Shown: positions 9,372 through 17,057 of the stretch, one piece after another | Layout: each line of letters begins with the position of its first letter | How positions within the stretch are numbered: position 1 is the first letter of the stretch | Assembly: GCF_000015145.1 (NCBI RefSeq) | Contig: NC_008818.1 | Coordinates: forward strand, 1,440,001-1,472,000 | DNA from: Hyperthermus butylicus DSM 5456 | GTDB lineage: Archaea; Thermoproteota; Thermoprotei_A; Sulfolobales; Pyrodictiaceae | DNA: 32,000 nt | Reading direction: 5' to 3' | Notes under the pieces: model-generated | The model's database searches: none | Seen by the model: the letters and a program-made list of their open reading frames with translations, nothing else | What the model was told of the DNA's origin: nothing | Made by a program: the position numbers and the translations under genes

Positions 9372-9399
9372 AGCCCACAGTTTTATTGGCTTGTGGGCT
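9372..9399 (-). promoter_or_regulatory. Probable vapBC promoter/operator with perfect 8-bp inverted repeat
   Basis: AGCCCACA (9372-9379), 12-nt spacer gttttattggct, TGTGGGCT (9392-9399). The spacer reads AATAAAAC on the minus strand, a TATA-like element about 35-40 nt upstream of the proposed TTG start. Confidence 0.5.
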
Positions 9400-9539
9400 C
9401 TCCCTCTACGGGCTGCCCACTGTAGCGTGTTGCTACCCTGCAGCATAGCGTATATGCATAGGCTTATGGGTAGCCTTCAACAGTGTAAGTCCCGGCCCAC
9501 GCTAGGGCTGCCGCAGGCCCTCCCAAAGGGGATGCCTCG

Positions 9540-11096
9540 TTGGCCGGGTCTAGTGGTAGGTGCCTGCTCGCCTTCTTTGGTGGCTCGAGGCAGGAGCTTC
9601 TGGGCCTGTTGTCGCTTGCCGTCAGGGTTTGGGAGACTCTCGGCACAGACCACGTCTATGTTGCTGGCGGCCGTAGTGTTGAAGCCGTCATGAATGCTGC
9701 AGAGGCTCTGCGCAGCTATCTTAGAGCCCAGGATGTTGATGCTTCCGTGGAGTTTGCAGGCGCCATTAGTGGGGACGACCCGGTTAACGCTATACGCAGG
9801 CTTGTAGCTGGATTACGTGGGAAGTGCGGCTTCCTTGTGGTGTCACCATCACCGGCTAGCCGTAGGCTTGCTACCGCTGTTGGGCTTGCTGCAAGGGGGC
9901 TACCTGAGCCGCAGGGTGTGGCAATTGTGCTTCTCGACTTTCTCTGGGGGCCCTGGAGCGGGCTCCCCTACCCCTACGTGCCCCGCGCTGTGGAGCCACT
10001 CCTGGTCCTACCGCCCACGGGCCGTGAGGCTCTCTCCGAGCCACGCAAACCCGCTATGGCGAGGGGCGATCTCGTATCTAGGGGCTGTAAAGACCCGGGG
10101 CTGGGTGGACTGCCACCTCTACGGTGCAGAGTTGCAGAACTCGCGAGAAGGCTCAACGCCGCCACTGTAGGCGCACACGTGTACATAGAGCATGAGAGGG
10201 TATGGATACGGTGCAACTGTCGTGCCGCGATAAAGCTCTCCCTGAACAATACCGTGCACCGGATCAATCTTGGCGACCCGTGTAGCCATGAGGCGTGGTG
10301 TAGCGCAGCAGCGAGGCTCGCCGAGCTTGTCGAGCACGTGCTCCCACAGCTTTACCAAAGCCGCCACGGTGGCCGCCACAGCCTTGAGGGTCTGGCACAA
10401 CAGCTGGCGCTGTTTACGGGGCTCCGCCGCATAGAGCCCTGTAACCCTAGCGGAGAGGAGCTGGGCTCAGCAAGAACAATTGTTGATACTAGCCTCGTCT
10501 ACGCCGGGATACACAACTACGCCTACACTGGCGCCAGGATATTACTACCTTACTGCGCCATAGTGGAGGTTACGAGGAGGTATGCAGAGTCCGCGAAAAG
10601 GACCGTGGAGCCCCTGGAGGGTCTCACCGACCTCCTGGCCTACACGGCGCTGGAGGAGCTAGAGTATGCAGGCGCCTCGGTAGCCCCGTCCCCGGCGACA
10701 GATTGCGACATAGCTATACCAGACATAGACCCTCTCATCCTCAACGGCACAGTACTAGCCACGAGGGATACGGGTGCTGCGAGCTTCTGGCAACGCCACC
10801 CAGCATCAAGGATAGCAGCAGGCATAGCCCTGGTACACGATGCCGAGCAGGGCTGCAGAAGCCCACCACGTGGCATGGAGCACTATGCTGCGCGGAGAAC
10901 CGGAGAGAACTGCCAGGGGAGCCGGCTAGGGGCTTCGTGGGCCTCCTACGCTGTGCTCCAGGCCTTGGTGGCGCTCAAAACACTTGAGAGGATAGATGCA
11001 GAGAGAATGGGTAGGGGGAGGCTCAGCGTGGAGATGGTAGTGGACTGCGGCGATGGCGCTGTGGGGGTGCAGGTGCCGGCCCTGCCGGTGGGCTAG
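9540..11096 (+). CDS. Putative CARF-like/Rossmann N-terminal domain fused to a C-terminal PIN nuclease domain
   Basis: N-terminal 160 aa alternate hydrophobic strands and helices (CLLAFFGG; HVYVAGG; VDASVEFAG; CGFLVVSPSPASRRLATAVGLAARG). C-terminal TIVDTSLVYAG (D316), CAIVEVTRR (E343), IPDIDPLI (D395/D397) and VLATRD (D410) match PIN acidic residue order. Fold calls not verified by search. Confidence 0.5.
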   Translation: MAGSSGRCLLAFFGGSRQELLGLLSLAVRVWETLGTDHVYVAGGRSVEAVMNAAEALRSYLRAQDVDASVEFAGAISGDDPVNAIRRLVAGLRGKCGFLVVSPSPASRRLATAVGLAARGLPEPQGVAIVLLDFLWGPWSGLPYPYVPRAVEPLLVLPPTGREALSEPRKPAMARGDLVSRGCKDPGLGGLPPLRCRVAELARRLNAATVGAHVYIEHERVWIRCNCRAAIKLSLNNTVHRINLGDPCSHEAWCSAAARLAELVEHVLPQLYQSRHGGRHSLEGLAQQLALFTGLRRIEPCNPSGEELGSARTIVDTSLVYAGIHNYAYTGARILLPYCAIVEVTRRYAESAKRTVEPLEGLTDLLAYTALEELEYAGASVAPSPATDCDIAIPDIDPLILNGTVLATRDTGAASFWQRHPASRIAAGIALVHDAEQGCRSPPRGMEHYAARRTGENCQGSRLGASWASYAVLQALVALKTLERIDAERMGRGRLSVEMVVDCGDGAVGVQVPALPVG

Positions 11097-12991
11097 CGAC
11101 GGTCAAACTTGAAGGGTGATATGTAGTCGCCCCAGCGGCTCTGAGCCTCCTTAAGCCTCTCCTTCTGCTTCCTCAACACGTCGAAGAGCACCTTGGGCGT
11201 ATCGGGTATCTGCTCGTACACCTTCCACACCCTCTCTATCTTTGCTAGGTGCTGGGGCACTCTCAGCATGAACTCCTTCTCGTACCGGGACTCTGGATAA
11301 TCTTTCCCAAGGTGCTCCTCGAATAGCTTCACCAGATCCTGGTAGACCGGTATCAGCCCGGTGGGAGTTCGTACGGCATCTACGTCGCCGTGGACGCGTA
11401 GCTCCATCCACTTCAGCCAAACCCTCTTATCAACCTTCTCAGCTATGTAGCGGCCCTGCTCGTCCCGGAGGAAGTAGTTGACGCTGAATATCCTGGGCAG
11501 CTTCTCGACCTTTTCTGCAAAGTCTAGGTGCAGCTGGATAAACTTGCCTATGGAGATTGGTAGGAAGTCCAGGATGGCGAATGGGTTTAGCTCCCGAACA
11601 CCCGCCTTCTCGAGTATCGCAGCAGTCTTCTCAGACTCCAACGCCGCGGCCTTCGTTATAATGCCGTGTACCCAGTCAAAAGCCTCCTCCACCGGGACCC
11701 AGGTGTCAGGATCCCTGCCGCCAAAGATCATCGCGCTAATGGGTACGCCCATCGGGTCGTCGACCCGAGGGTCTAGGTTGGGTAGGCTGCGGAGCGATAT
11801 GGTGAACCTTGCATTGGGGTGTGACGGCGGTACCTCCCTGCCGTTTTCGTCCTTCTTGCCGGGCCACCAGCGGCCAGCATAGTTTAGGCCGGGCCGGGGC
11901 TCGCCCTCCTTGCCGTTCCACCAGACCTCGCCATCATCGGTGAGCAAGACATTTGAGAATATTATCTCGTTGCTTGGGTCTGTTAGGAGCTTGTAGAGTA
12001 CCGGGTCGTCCCGGGGGTTGACACCGTCAATTATGCCGAACATACCCATCTCTGGATTTACGCCGTGGGGTACGCCGTTGACGGGCTTTATGATTGCTAG
12101 GTCGTCGCCTACAATGGTGTCGGAGATGAAAGCCGTTGAGGTCTTGCCACAGCCTGCTGGGAATGCGCCTGTGAAGTATGTAAGCCTCCCGCCAGGGCCA
12201 CGGACACCGACTATGAACATGTGTTCGCAGAGCCAGCCCTCCAGGTAGCCCTTGTATATACAGAGGCGGAACATTAGCTTCTTGAGGCCTATAGTGTTAC
12301 CCCCGTACTGGGTGTTAACACTGTAGACAGTGTAGTCGTGGAGGTCTACGTATATCCTCCTTTTATCGATGTTCTTGCTCCAGCCATTCTCGCCCCGCTC
12401 CCCCGCAGAGTGTATGAACCGGGCATAGAACAGGTTGGGAGCCTTCTCCACGAACTCGTCGTAGCAGAGACGGTAGAGTATGTTCTCGTTGTGAGCCACG
12501 TAGGCCGAGTCGGTGATCTGTACAGCGTGGAGGGTAAACGGCGACCTCTTAGGCCCGAAACAGTAGAAGCCTATGAACATCTCGCGACCGCGCATAATGC
12601 CGCGTAGCAGCTCCCTGATCTCAGCCAGTCCCTTGTCCCGGTCGTAGGTGTTTATGAAGGGTATCTTCTCCCCGCCTGGCAGCAGGATGCGGGTATTCTT
12701 ACGATCCCTCGCAATATCCCGAGGCCCGTCAAAGTGCACCGTATGCCTGGGATAGCGGGTCGGGAGTTCCTCACGGTTACGCAGCGCAGCCTTCCTCACA
12801 TACTCAAAGTCTTCCTCACTCGTGATAAGGTAAACCATGGCTGGTTCGGTAACCCTTATGACATCCGCTATCCAGCGGTGCAGCTCCGGGTCACGGATAC
12901 GCAGAAGCTTCTCCAGCATATCCCGGCTCATCCGCGCCTCAAGGACAGCCATATAGTCGTACTCTTCGTCAAGAAGTCGGGTCCTAGGCAC
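11093..12991 (-). CDS. pckG: Phosphoenolpyruvate carboxykinase (GTP)
   Basis: FPAGCGKTSTAFI kinase motif, VGDDLAIIKPVNGVPHGVNPEMGMFGIIDGVNP, NARFTISLRSLPNLDP, PISAMIFGGRDPDTWVPVEEAFDWVHGI. Confidence 0.97.
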   Translation of the reverse strand: MPRTRLLDEEYDYMAVLEARMSRDMLEKLLRIRDPELHRWIADVIRVTEPAMVYLITSEEDFEYVRKAALRNREELPTRYPRHTVHFDGPRDIARDRKNTRILLPGGEKIPFINTYDRDKGLAEIRELLRGIMRGREMFIGFYCFGPKRSPFTLHAVQITDSAYVAHNENILYRLCYDEFVEKAPNLFYARFIHSAGERGENGWSKNIDKRRIYVDLHDYTVYSVNTQYGGNTIGLKKLMFRLCIYKGYLEGWLCEHMFIVGVRGPGGRLTYFTGAFPAGCGKTSTAFISDTIVGDDLAIIKPVNGVPHGVNPEMGMFGIIDGVNPRDDPVLYKLLTDPSNEIIFSNVLLTDDGEVWWNGKEGEPRPGLNYAGRWWPGKKDENGREVPPSHPNARFTISLRSLPNLDPRVDDPMGVPISAMIFGGRDPDTWVPVEEAFDWVHGIITKAAALESEKTAAILEKAGVRELNPFAILDFLPISIGKFIQLHLDFAEKVEKLPRIFSVNYFLRDEQGRYIAEKVDKRVWLKWMELRVHGDVDAVRTPTGLIPVYQDLVKLFEEHLGKDYPESRYEKEFMLRVPQHLAKIERVWKVYEQIPDTPKVLFDVLRKQKERLKEAQSRWGDYISPFKFDRR

Positions 12992-13030
12992 GGCTCAAAC
13001 CCGCGCAAAGAAGGTACAATTGTGGGGCAT

Positions 13031-13041
13031 TAATAAAAATC
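13031..13041 (-). promoter_or_regulatory. Candidate TATA box for pckG
   Basis: Minus strand ATTTTTATTAA about 40-50 nt upstream of the start at 12991. Confidence 0.4.
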
Positions 13042-13240
13042 CGTACACCACAGCAAAAACGGTGGCAAAACTCAAGACGTACTAGCAGGTCTCCCTAGAA
13101 TTGTACTGATAGCTCCTAGAGCTTAAGCTGGCACTGCTGACTAGTAGTGCTGTCGTGTCACGCAGCAGCTCTCTTATTATTGAGCCTAGTGTCTGGCCAA
13201 AGTCTGGCTGTAGAGCGGTCTGACGGAGAGTGGTTTAGCC

Positions 13241-13813
13241 TTGGCCTACACGTTGAACGATCTCTCATGGCTGTTTAGGAAGCTGCAGGAGCATGGCATA
13301 AAGGGCGTTGTCATTGGAAGCACGGTAATTGAGCTGGCGCTAAGGCGGAAGTCTTTCGAGGATGACGTGGACGTATTTGCGTTGGAACCTAGCCCCCTCA
13401 TAGAGGAGGACTTCTACCGCTCGGTAGCCGAGCGGGAGGACTGGCAGGTCAGCTACACAGCGCTCGGCACCCCAAAGTTCATAGTAAAGCTGCCCTCCGG
13501 GGAGGAGGTCATAGTGGAGTTCTACGAAAACATCCACGACTTCTACGTGCCACCCGAGATACTGGAGCAGGCCCCGAAGAAGAGTATTGGCGGTGTGGAG
13601 ATCCGGGTGATAAGGCCTGAGGACTATATAGTCCTCAAGGCTAAGGCCGCCAGAGAGCCCGACATCGAGGATCTAAGGATAATCAGGGAGTACATAGACG
13701 AGGGTAAGCTCAAGATAGACGAGAGGATAGTCAAGAGGGACATAGAGCTGCTACCCGAGGAGGAGCAAGGCTTCGTCGTAAACAAGCTCCGTGAACTAGG
13801 CTTCCGCGTCTAG
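13241..13813 (+). CDS. Nucleotidyltransferase-fold (MNT-like) protein
   Basis: GVVIGSTVIELALRRKSFEDDVDVFAL gives a GS...DxD-type NTase core, followed by VIRPEDYIVLKAKAAREPDIEDLRIIREYI, typical of NTases in the AbiEii-like group. Confidence 0.72.
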   Translation: MAYTLNDLSWLFRKLQEHGIKGVVIGSTVIELALRRKSFEDDVDVFALEPSPLIEEDFYRSVAEREDWQVSYTALGTPKFIVKLPSGEEVIVEFYENIHDFYVPPEILEQAPKKSIGGVEIRVIRPEDYIVLKAKAAREPDIEDLRIIREYIDEGKLKIDERIVKRDIELLPEEEQGFVVNKLRELGFRV

Positions 13814-14233
13814 GCCGCACAGAAAGCATCCCCTAGCTCCCAGAGTTTTAACCCAGGCAAGCCAGGCCTTGCCAGCGATTACTAGGGCTAGGCTTGCCTC
13901 GAAGCGTGTTATAGCTTGTAGAAGATATTGCAGGATTAGCACTGTGCCATTCTTGCCCACTTCCAGGAATCGCGTCTTGAAGCCCTCGGTGAGACCGACC
14001 TACGGGAAGATCGGGAGGCCGGATAACTGCTGAGACTAGGCCTGGTGCATGGGACTGCTTGGTGAGTATTGTGTTGAGGGTTTCCCCGCGTTAGGCACGT
14101 ACTGCTAGACTGGGTTTACCGTAGTAAAGCCCGGGGCTTGTCTCGATTTCTGCTAGCCGTCTTGCTGCCTAGCGGGAGCTAGTTGCTAATATTTCCTGGC
14201 TAGCTGGGTGCCCTGTGTACCTGGTGTGCTAGC

Positions 14234-15262
14234 TTGCCGGGTAGGCTTTACAGATTCTACCTGGATGAGTGGGCTGGCGCAGCACGCTCTGCTTATGCTG
14301 CTGGGGTTTCGCTAGGGCTTTCGCCAGGCTATGCCTGCGTGGACACTGTTGTTGTCTGTGGTATGGGTGGCAGTGGGGCTGCCGGAGACTATCTTGCCCA
14401 ATTGTCAGCCCACTATGGCGGTGTACCCATATACGTTGTGAAGGCTGCATCTGTCCCGGGCTGGGTCGGAAGCAAGAGCCTCGTCTACGCTGTGAGCTTC
14501 TCTGGCAATACGAGGGAGACGCTCGAGTGCGCAGTGAAGGCCTACCGGCAGGGGGCTAAGCTTGTCGCTGTTACGCGTGGCGGCCTACTGGGGAGCTGGG
14601 CAAAGAGACACGGCGTGCCAGTGGCGTTTATCGGGGAAGCGCCCGCGCCGAGGGCTGGCTGGCCAAACCTATTCTACACGATGCTGGGAAGCCTTGAGTC
14701 CCTGGGACTGCTTAGGCTGCCGCGTAGCGAGGTCGAAGAGTCCATAGAGCTGCTGGGCTTGAGGGAGGATGCGGAGACTGAGGCCGGGAGGCTTGTAGAC
14801 TGGCTCGGCACCGTTGCCGGGGGCTGGCTCTCCATAGTCGCAGCTGAACCATACTACCCGGCTGCTGTGAGGTTTAGGAGCGAGCTGGCGGAGAACGCAA
14901 AGCTGGCTAGCGATGCTAGCCAGGTGCCGGAGGCAGGACATAACATCATCGTGGGCATGGCCGGGAGGAGGGATACCGCACTGCTCATACTGGACCCGGT
15001 AGAGGAGCCCTGGACCACGATACTGAAGGGCTTCGCTGAGGCCGTAGGACCGGCCTCGAGCTACACGCTAAGACTACGCGGTAAGGGCATGCTGCCAAAG
15101 CTTGTCTGGGCCACGTGGATAGCGGGGCTATCCTCAACACTCTACGCGGAGAGGCATGGCCTGGATCCGGAGGCGATACCGGCAATAAAGGCGTTTAGGA
15201 GGCTTGTGGAGGAGAAGACTAGCTGGGGCCAGCAGGCCATTAGGGAGTCCGAGAAGAGCTAA
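14234..15262 (+). CDS. Bifunctional phosphoglucose/phosphomannose isomerase
   Basis: VDTVVVCGMGGSGAAGDYLAQLSAHYG, LVYAVSFSGNTRETLECA, GHNIIVGM and C-terminal SIS domain with AIPAIKAFRRLVEE. Confidence 0.92.
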   Translation: MPGRLYRFYLDEWAGAARSAYAAGVSLGLSPGYACVDTVVVCGMGGSGAAGDYLAQLSAHYGGVPIYVVKAASVPGWVGSKSLVYAVSFSGNTRETLECAVKAYRQGAKLVAVTRGGLLGSWAKRHGVPVAFIGEAPAPRAGWPNLFYTMLGSLESLGLLRLPRSEVEESIELLGLREDAETEAGRLVDWLGTVAGGWLSIVAAEPYYPAAVRFRSELAENAKLASDASQVPEAGHNIIVGMAGRRDTALLILDPVEEPWTTILKGFAEAVGPASSYTLRLRGKGMLPKLVWATWIAGLSSTLYAERHGLDPEAIPAIKAFRRLVEEKTSWGQQAIRESEKS

Positions 15263-15340
15263 GCAATGGGGTATTGAAGGTGGATATACTTATTATGGGA
15301 GGCACTGGCACAGCCCCACTGCATGGAGGGGTTAGGGATA

Positions 15341-15592
15341 ATGCCCAGCGAGTACCTAGCCCAGCTACGCGACCTCATTAAGCCAAAGCTCCAGGAGAAG
15401 GGCCTAAAGGCCCTCCTAGTGGGCTCGACGCTGAAAATAGTAAAGGACGGCGAGACCGTGATGAACATATCTGATAAGGGTGAAATAGTCGAGCTAACCT
15501 TCAAGGGGAAGAAGTACACCTATGACAAGTGGTACACCAAGCCTGAGCACCTAGCAGCCACGATTAAGACCACGTTAGAACATCAGCTCTAA
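15341..15592 (+). CDS. Small conserved-looking hypothetical protein
   Basis: Charged, well-behaved ORF. ATG at 15341 is preceded by GGAGGGG; the ORF track starts at 15323. A TATA-like GGATATACTTATTATG lies upstream at about 15281-15297. Confidence 0.65.
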   Translation: MPSEYLAQLRDLIKPKLQEKGLKALLVGSTLKIVKDGETVMNISDKGEIVELTFKGKKYTYDKWYTKPEHLAATIKTTLEHQL

Positions 15593-15859
15593 CCGAACCA
15601 GGCACATCGTTGTCATCCACAGTTCTTAAGCAAATGTTTTTAAAGTCCAATTGAGCCAGCTCCTTCTCCATACACAACTCCGTAACCGCCAATATCACCG
15701 TCCCTCATTAGCGTAAATAGGCTCAAACAGTCACCTACCACATTACGCAAATCATGCTACACTATGCAACAGCGAACGGCTGTTTGATGCAGGACCCCAA
15801 GATATCACAACAATCAGTTAAGTACTACGCTATTGTTTGTAGGCAAGGTAATACTACAG

Positions 15860-16280
15860 TCATAGCGGTTCTTCACAGAGTCTCTCGTTGTGCTCCTCGC
15901 GGTTGGTGGAGTCAGACACTTAAGCATCCAATCTTACGAGGACGAGGCTCCACGAGTGTACACGCCATGCAGGAGCTGGCAGTGGAACACTATGACTACT
16001 CGCGAATGAAGAGCCAGTCTTCAACGTGCCAAGGCTCGGCAAGAACCACCTGCGAGCAGGACAGGACCACGAGCTGATAATGATAAGGCCTGACGGCCGC
16101 CGTGTCTACCTCTGGCATCCATGGGAGAAGAACATACAGCTAGTAGACCCCTACATCTACACAGACATGATATCCATAAAGATGTACCTCGACAAGCTCC
16201 AAGAGGTGTTCGGCGAAGACCCAGAAGACTACAAGAGCATATGGTACTACTACCAGCCCATAACACACGTACGATCTCAG
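15860..16280 (+). pseudogene. Remnant of an unidentified protein gene
   Basis: Only a C-terminal-like segment is open: LLANEEPVFNVPRLGKNHLRAGQDHELIMIRPDGRRVYLWHPWEKNIQLVDPYIYTDMISIKMYLDKLQEVFGEDPEDYKSIWYYYQPI, preceded in frame by TGA at 15993. Upstream protein-like stretch VVLLAVGGVRHLSIQSYEDEAPRVY is in another frame. Confidence 0.45.
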
Positions 16281-16472
16281 GCAAAGAGCCAGCAATCAAC
16301 ACCTTTTTACGCATCATCCCAAACCGCTAGCATATCCACAACTCCTACCATTCAAGCCTACACCCATAGAGTGGACAGGAGCATAAGTTCTCGGTAGGTT
16401 AAGTTATAATGCTGCAATGGGTAGTAAAGACATGCCCAGGCAGCCTAGGGGTGCAGTATAGGCTTGCAAGAG

Positions 16473-16980
16473 TGGAAGCCCGTCGTACATGACGAGTTTA
16501 CCGGAGAGACGAGATGAAGGCTGAGAAGGGACTGGTTCGGTACTATTGAGGTTGACGATGGGAGAGCGTTACTGTGTACCGGTCCAAGCGAAGCTTTGTA
16601 CTATTCTAATGCAGAGATTGCCAATGGAGAGTTTGATTAGCTGCCCTGAGAGCCCTCGTCGTCATTGAACTCGCGCCAGCATGACCGGGCTTCACTATGG
16701 CAGTATGGGGATTGGCTTCTGGAGAGGTATAAGGCTGTGGATGCTCCTCTCAACAATAGCCAAGCCCTTGGTACCAATAAATATCGTCTCCACCAGGCCT
16801 GTCATGCTTGATATAGAGCTGCAAGAGAGGCATGTGTACCGTGTAGAATACATCGGTGATAGAGCGAGATTCCTAATTGACGGCAGGCTTGTTGCCGAGC
16901 TGCCTGCAAGGCCTGGTAGAATGAGGGCTTATGCTTGGATAGACAGTGTCGTCTTCATGGCCGGGGCGGGATGCTGTGAT
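16473..16980 (+). pseudogene. Decayed gene for a LamG/GH16-like (concanavalin-fold) surface protein
   Basis: Frame 3: EWKPVVHDEFTGETR*RLRRDWFGTIEVDDGRALLCTGPSEALYYSNAEIANGEFD* (stops TGA 16515 and TAG 16638). It continues in frame 1: HYGSMGIGFWRG...RHVYRVEYIGDRARFLIDGRLVAELPARPGRMRAYAWIDSVVF. Confidence 0.65.
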
Positions 16981-17057
16981 GGTCTATAGGCATGTCACGC
17001 AGAAGGTTCGCGAAAGGGTGTGCCTGGAGCTGGACTGGGCAAAGATATACGTCCGGG

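Noticed and set aside
9202-9693. 163-aa plus-strand ORF across the vapBC/CARF-PIN intergenic region
   Set aside because: It is antisense to the AbrB-domain coding frame, overlaps the start of the 518-aa gene in a different frame, and has biased composition with no motif.
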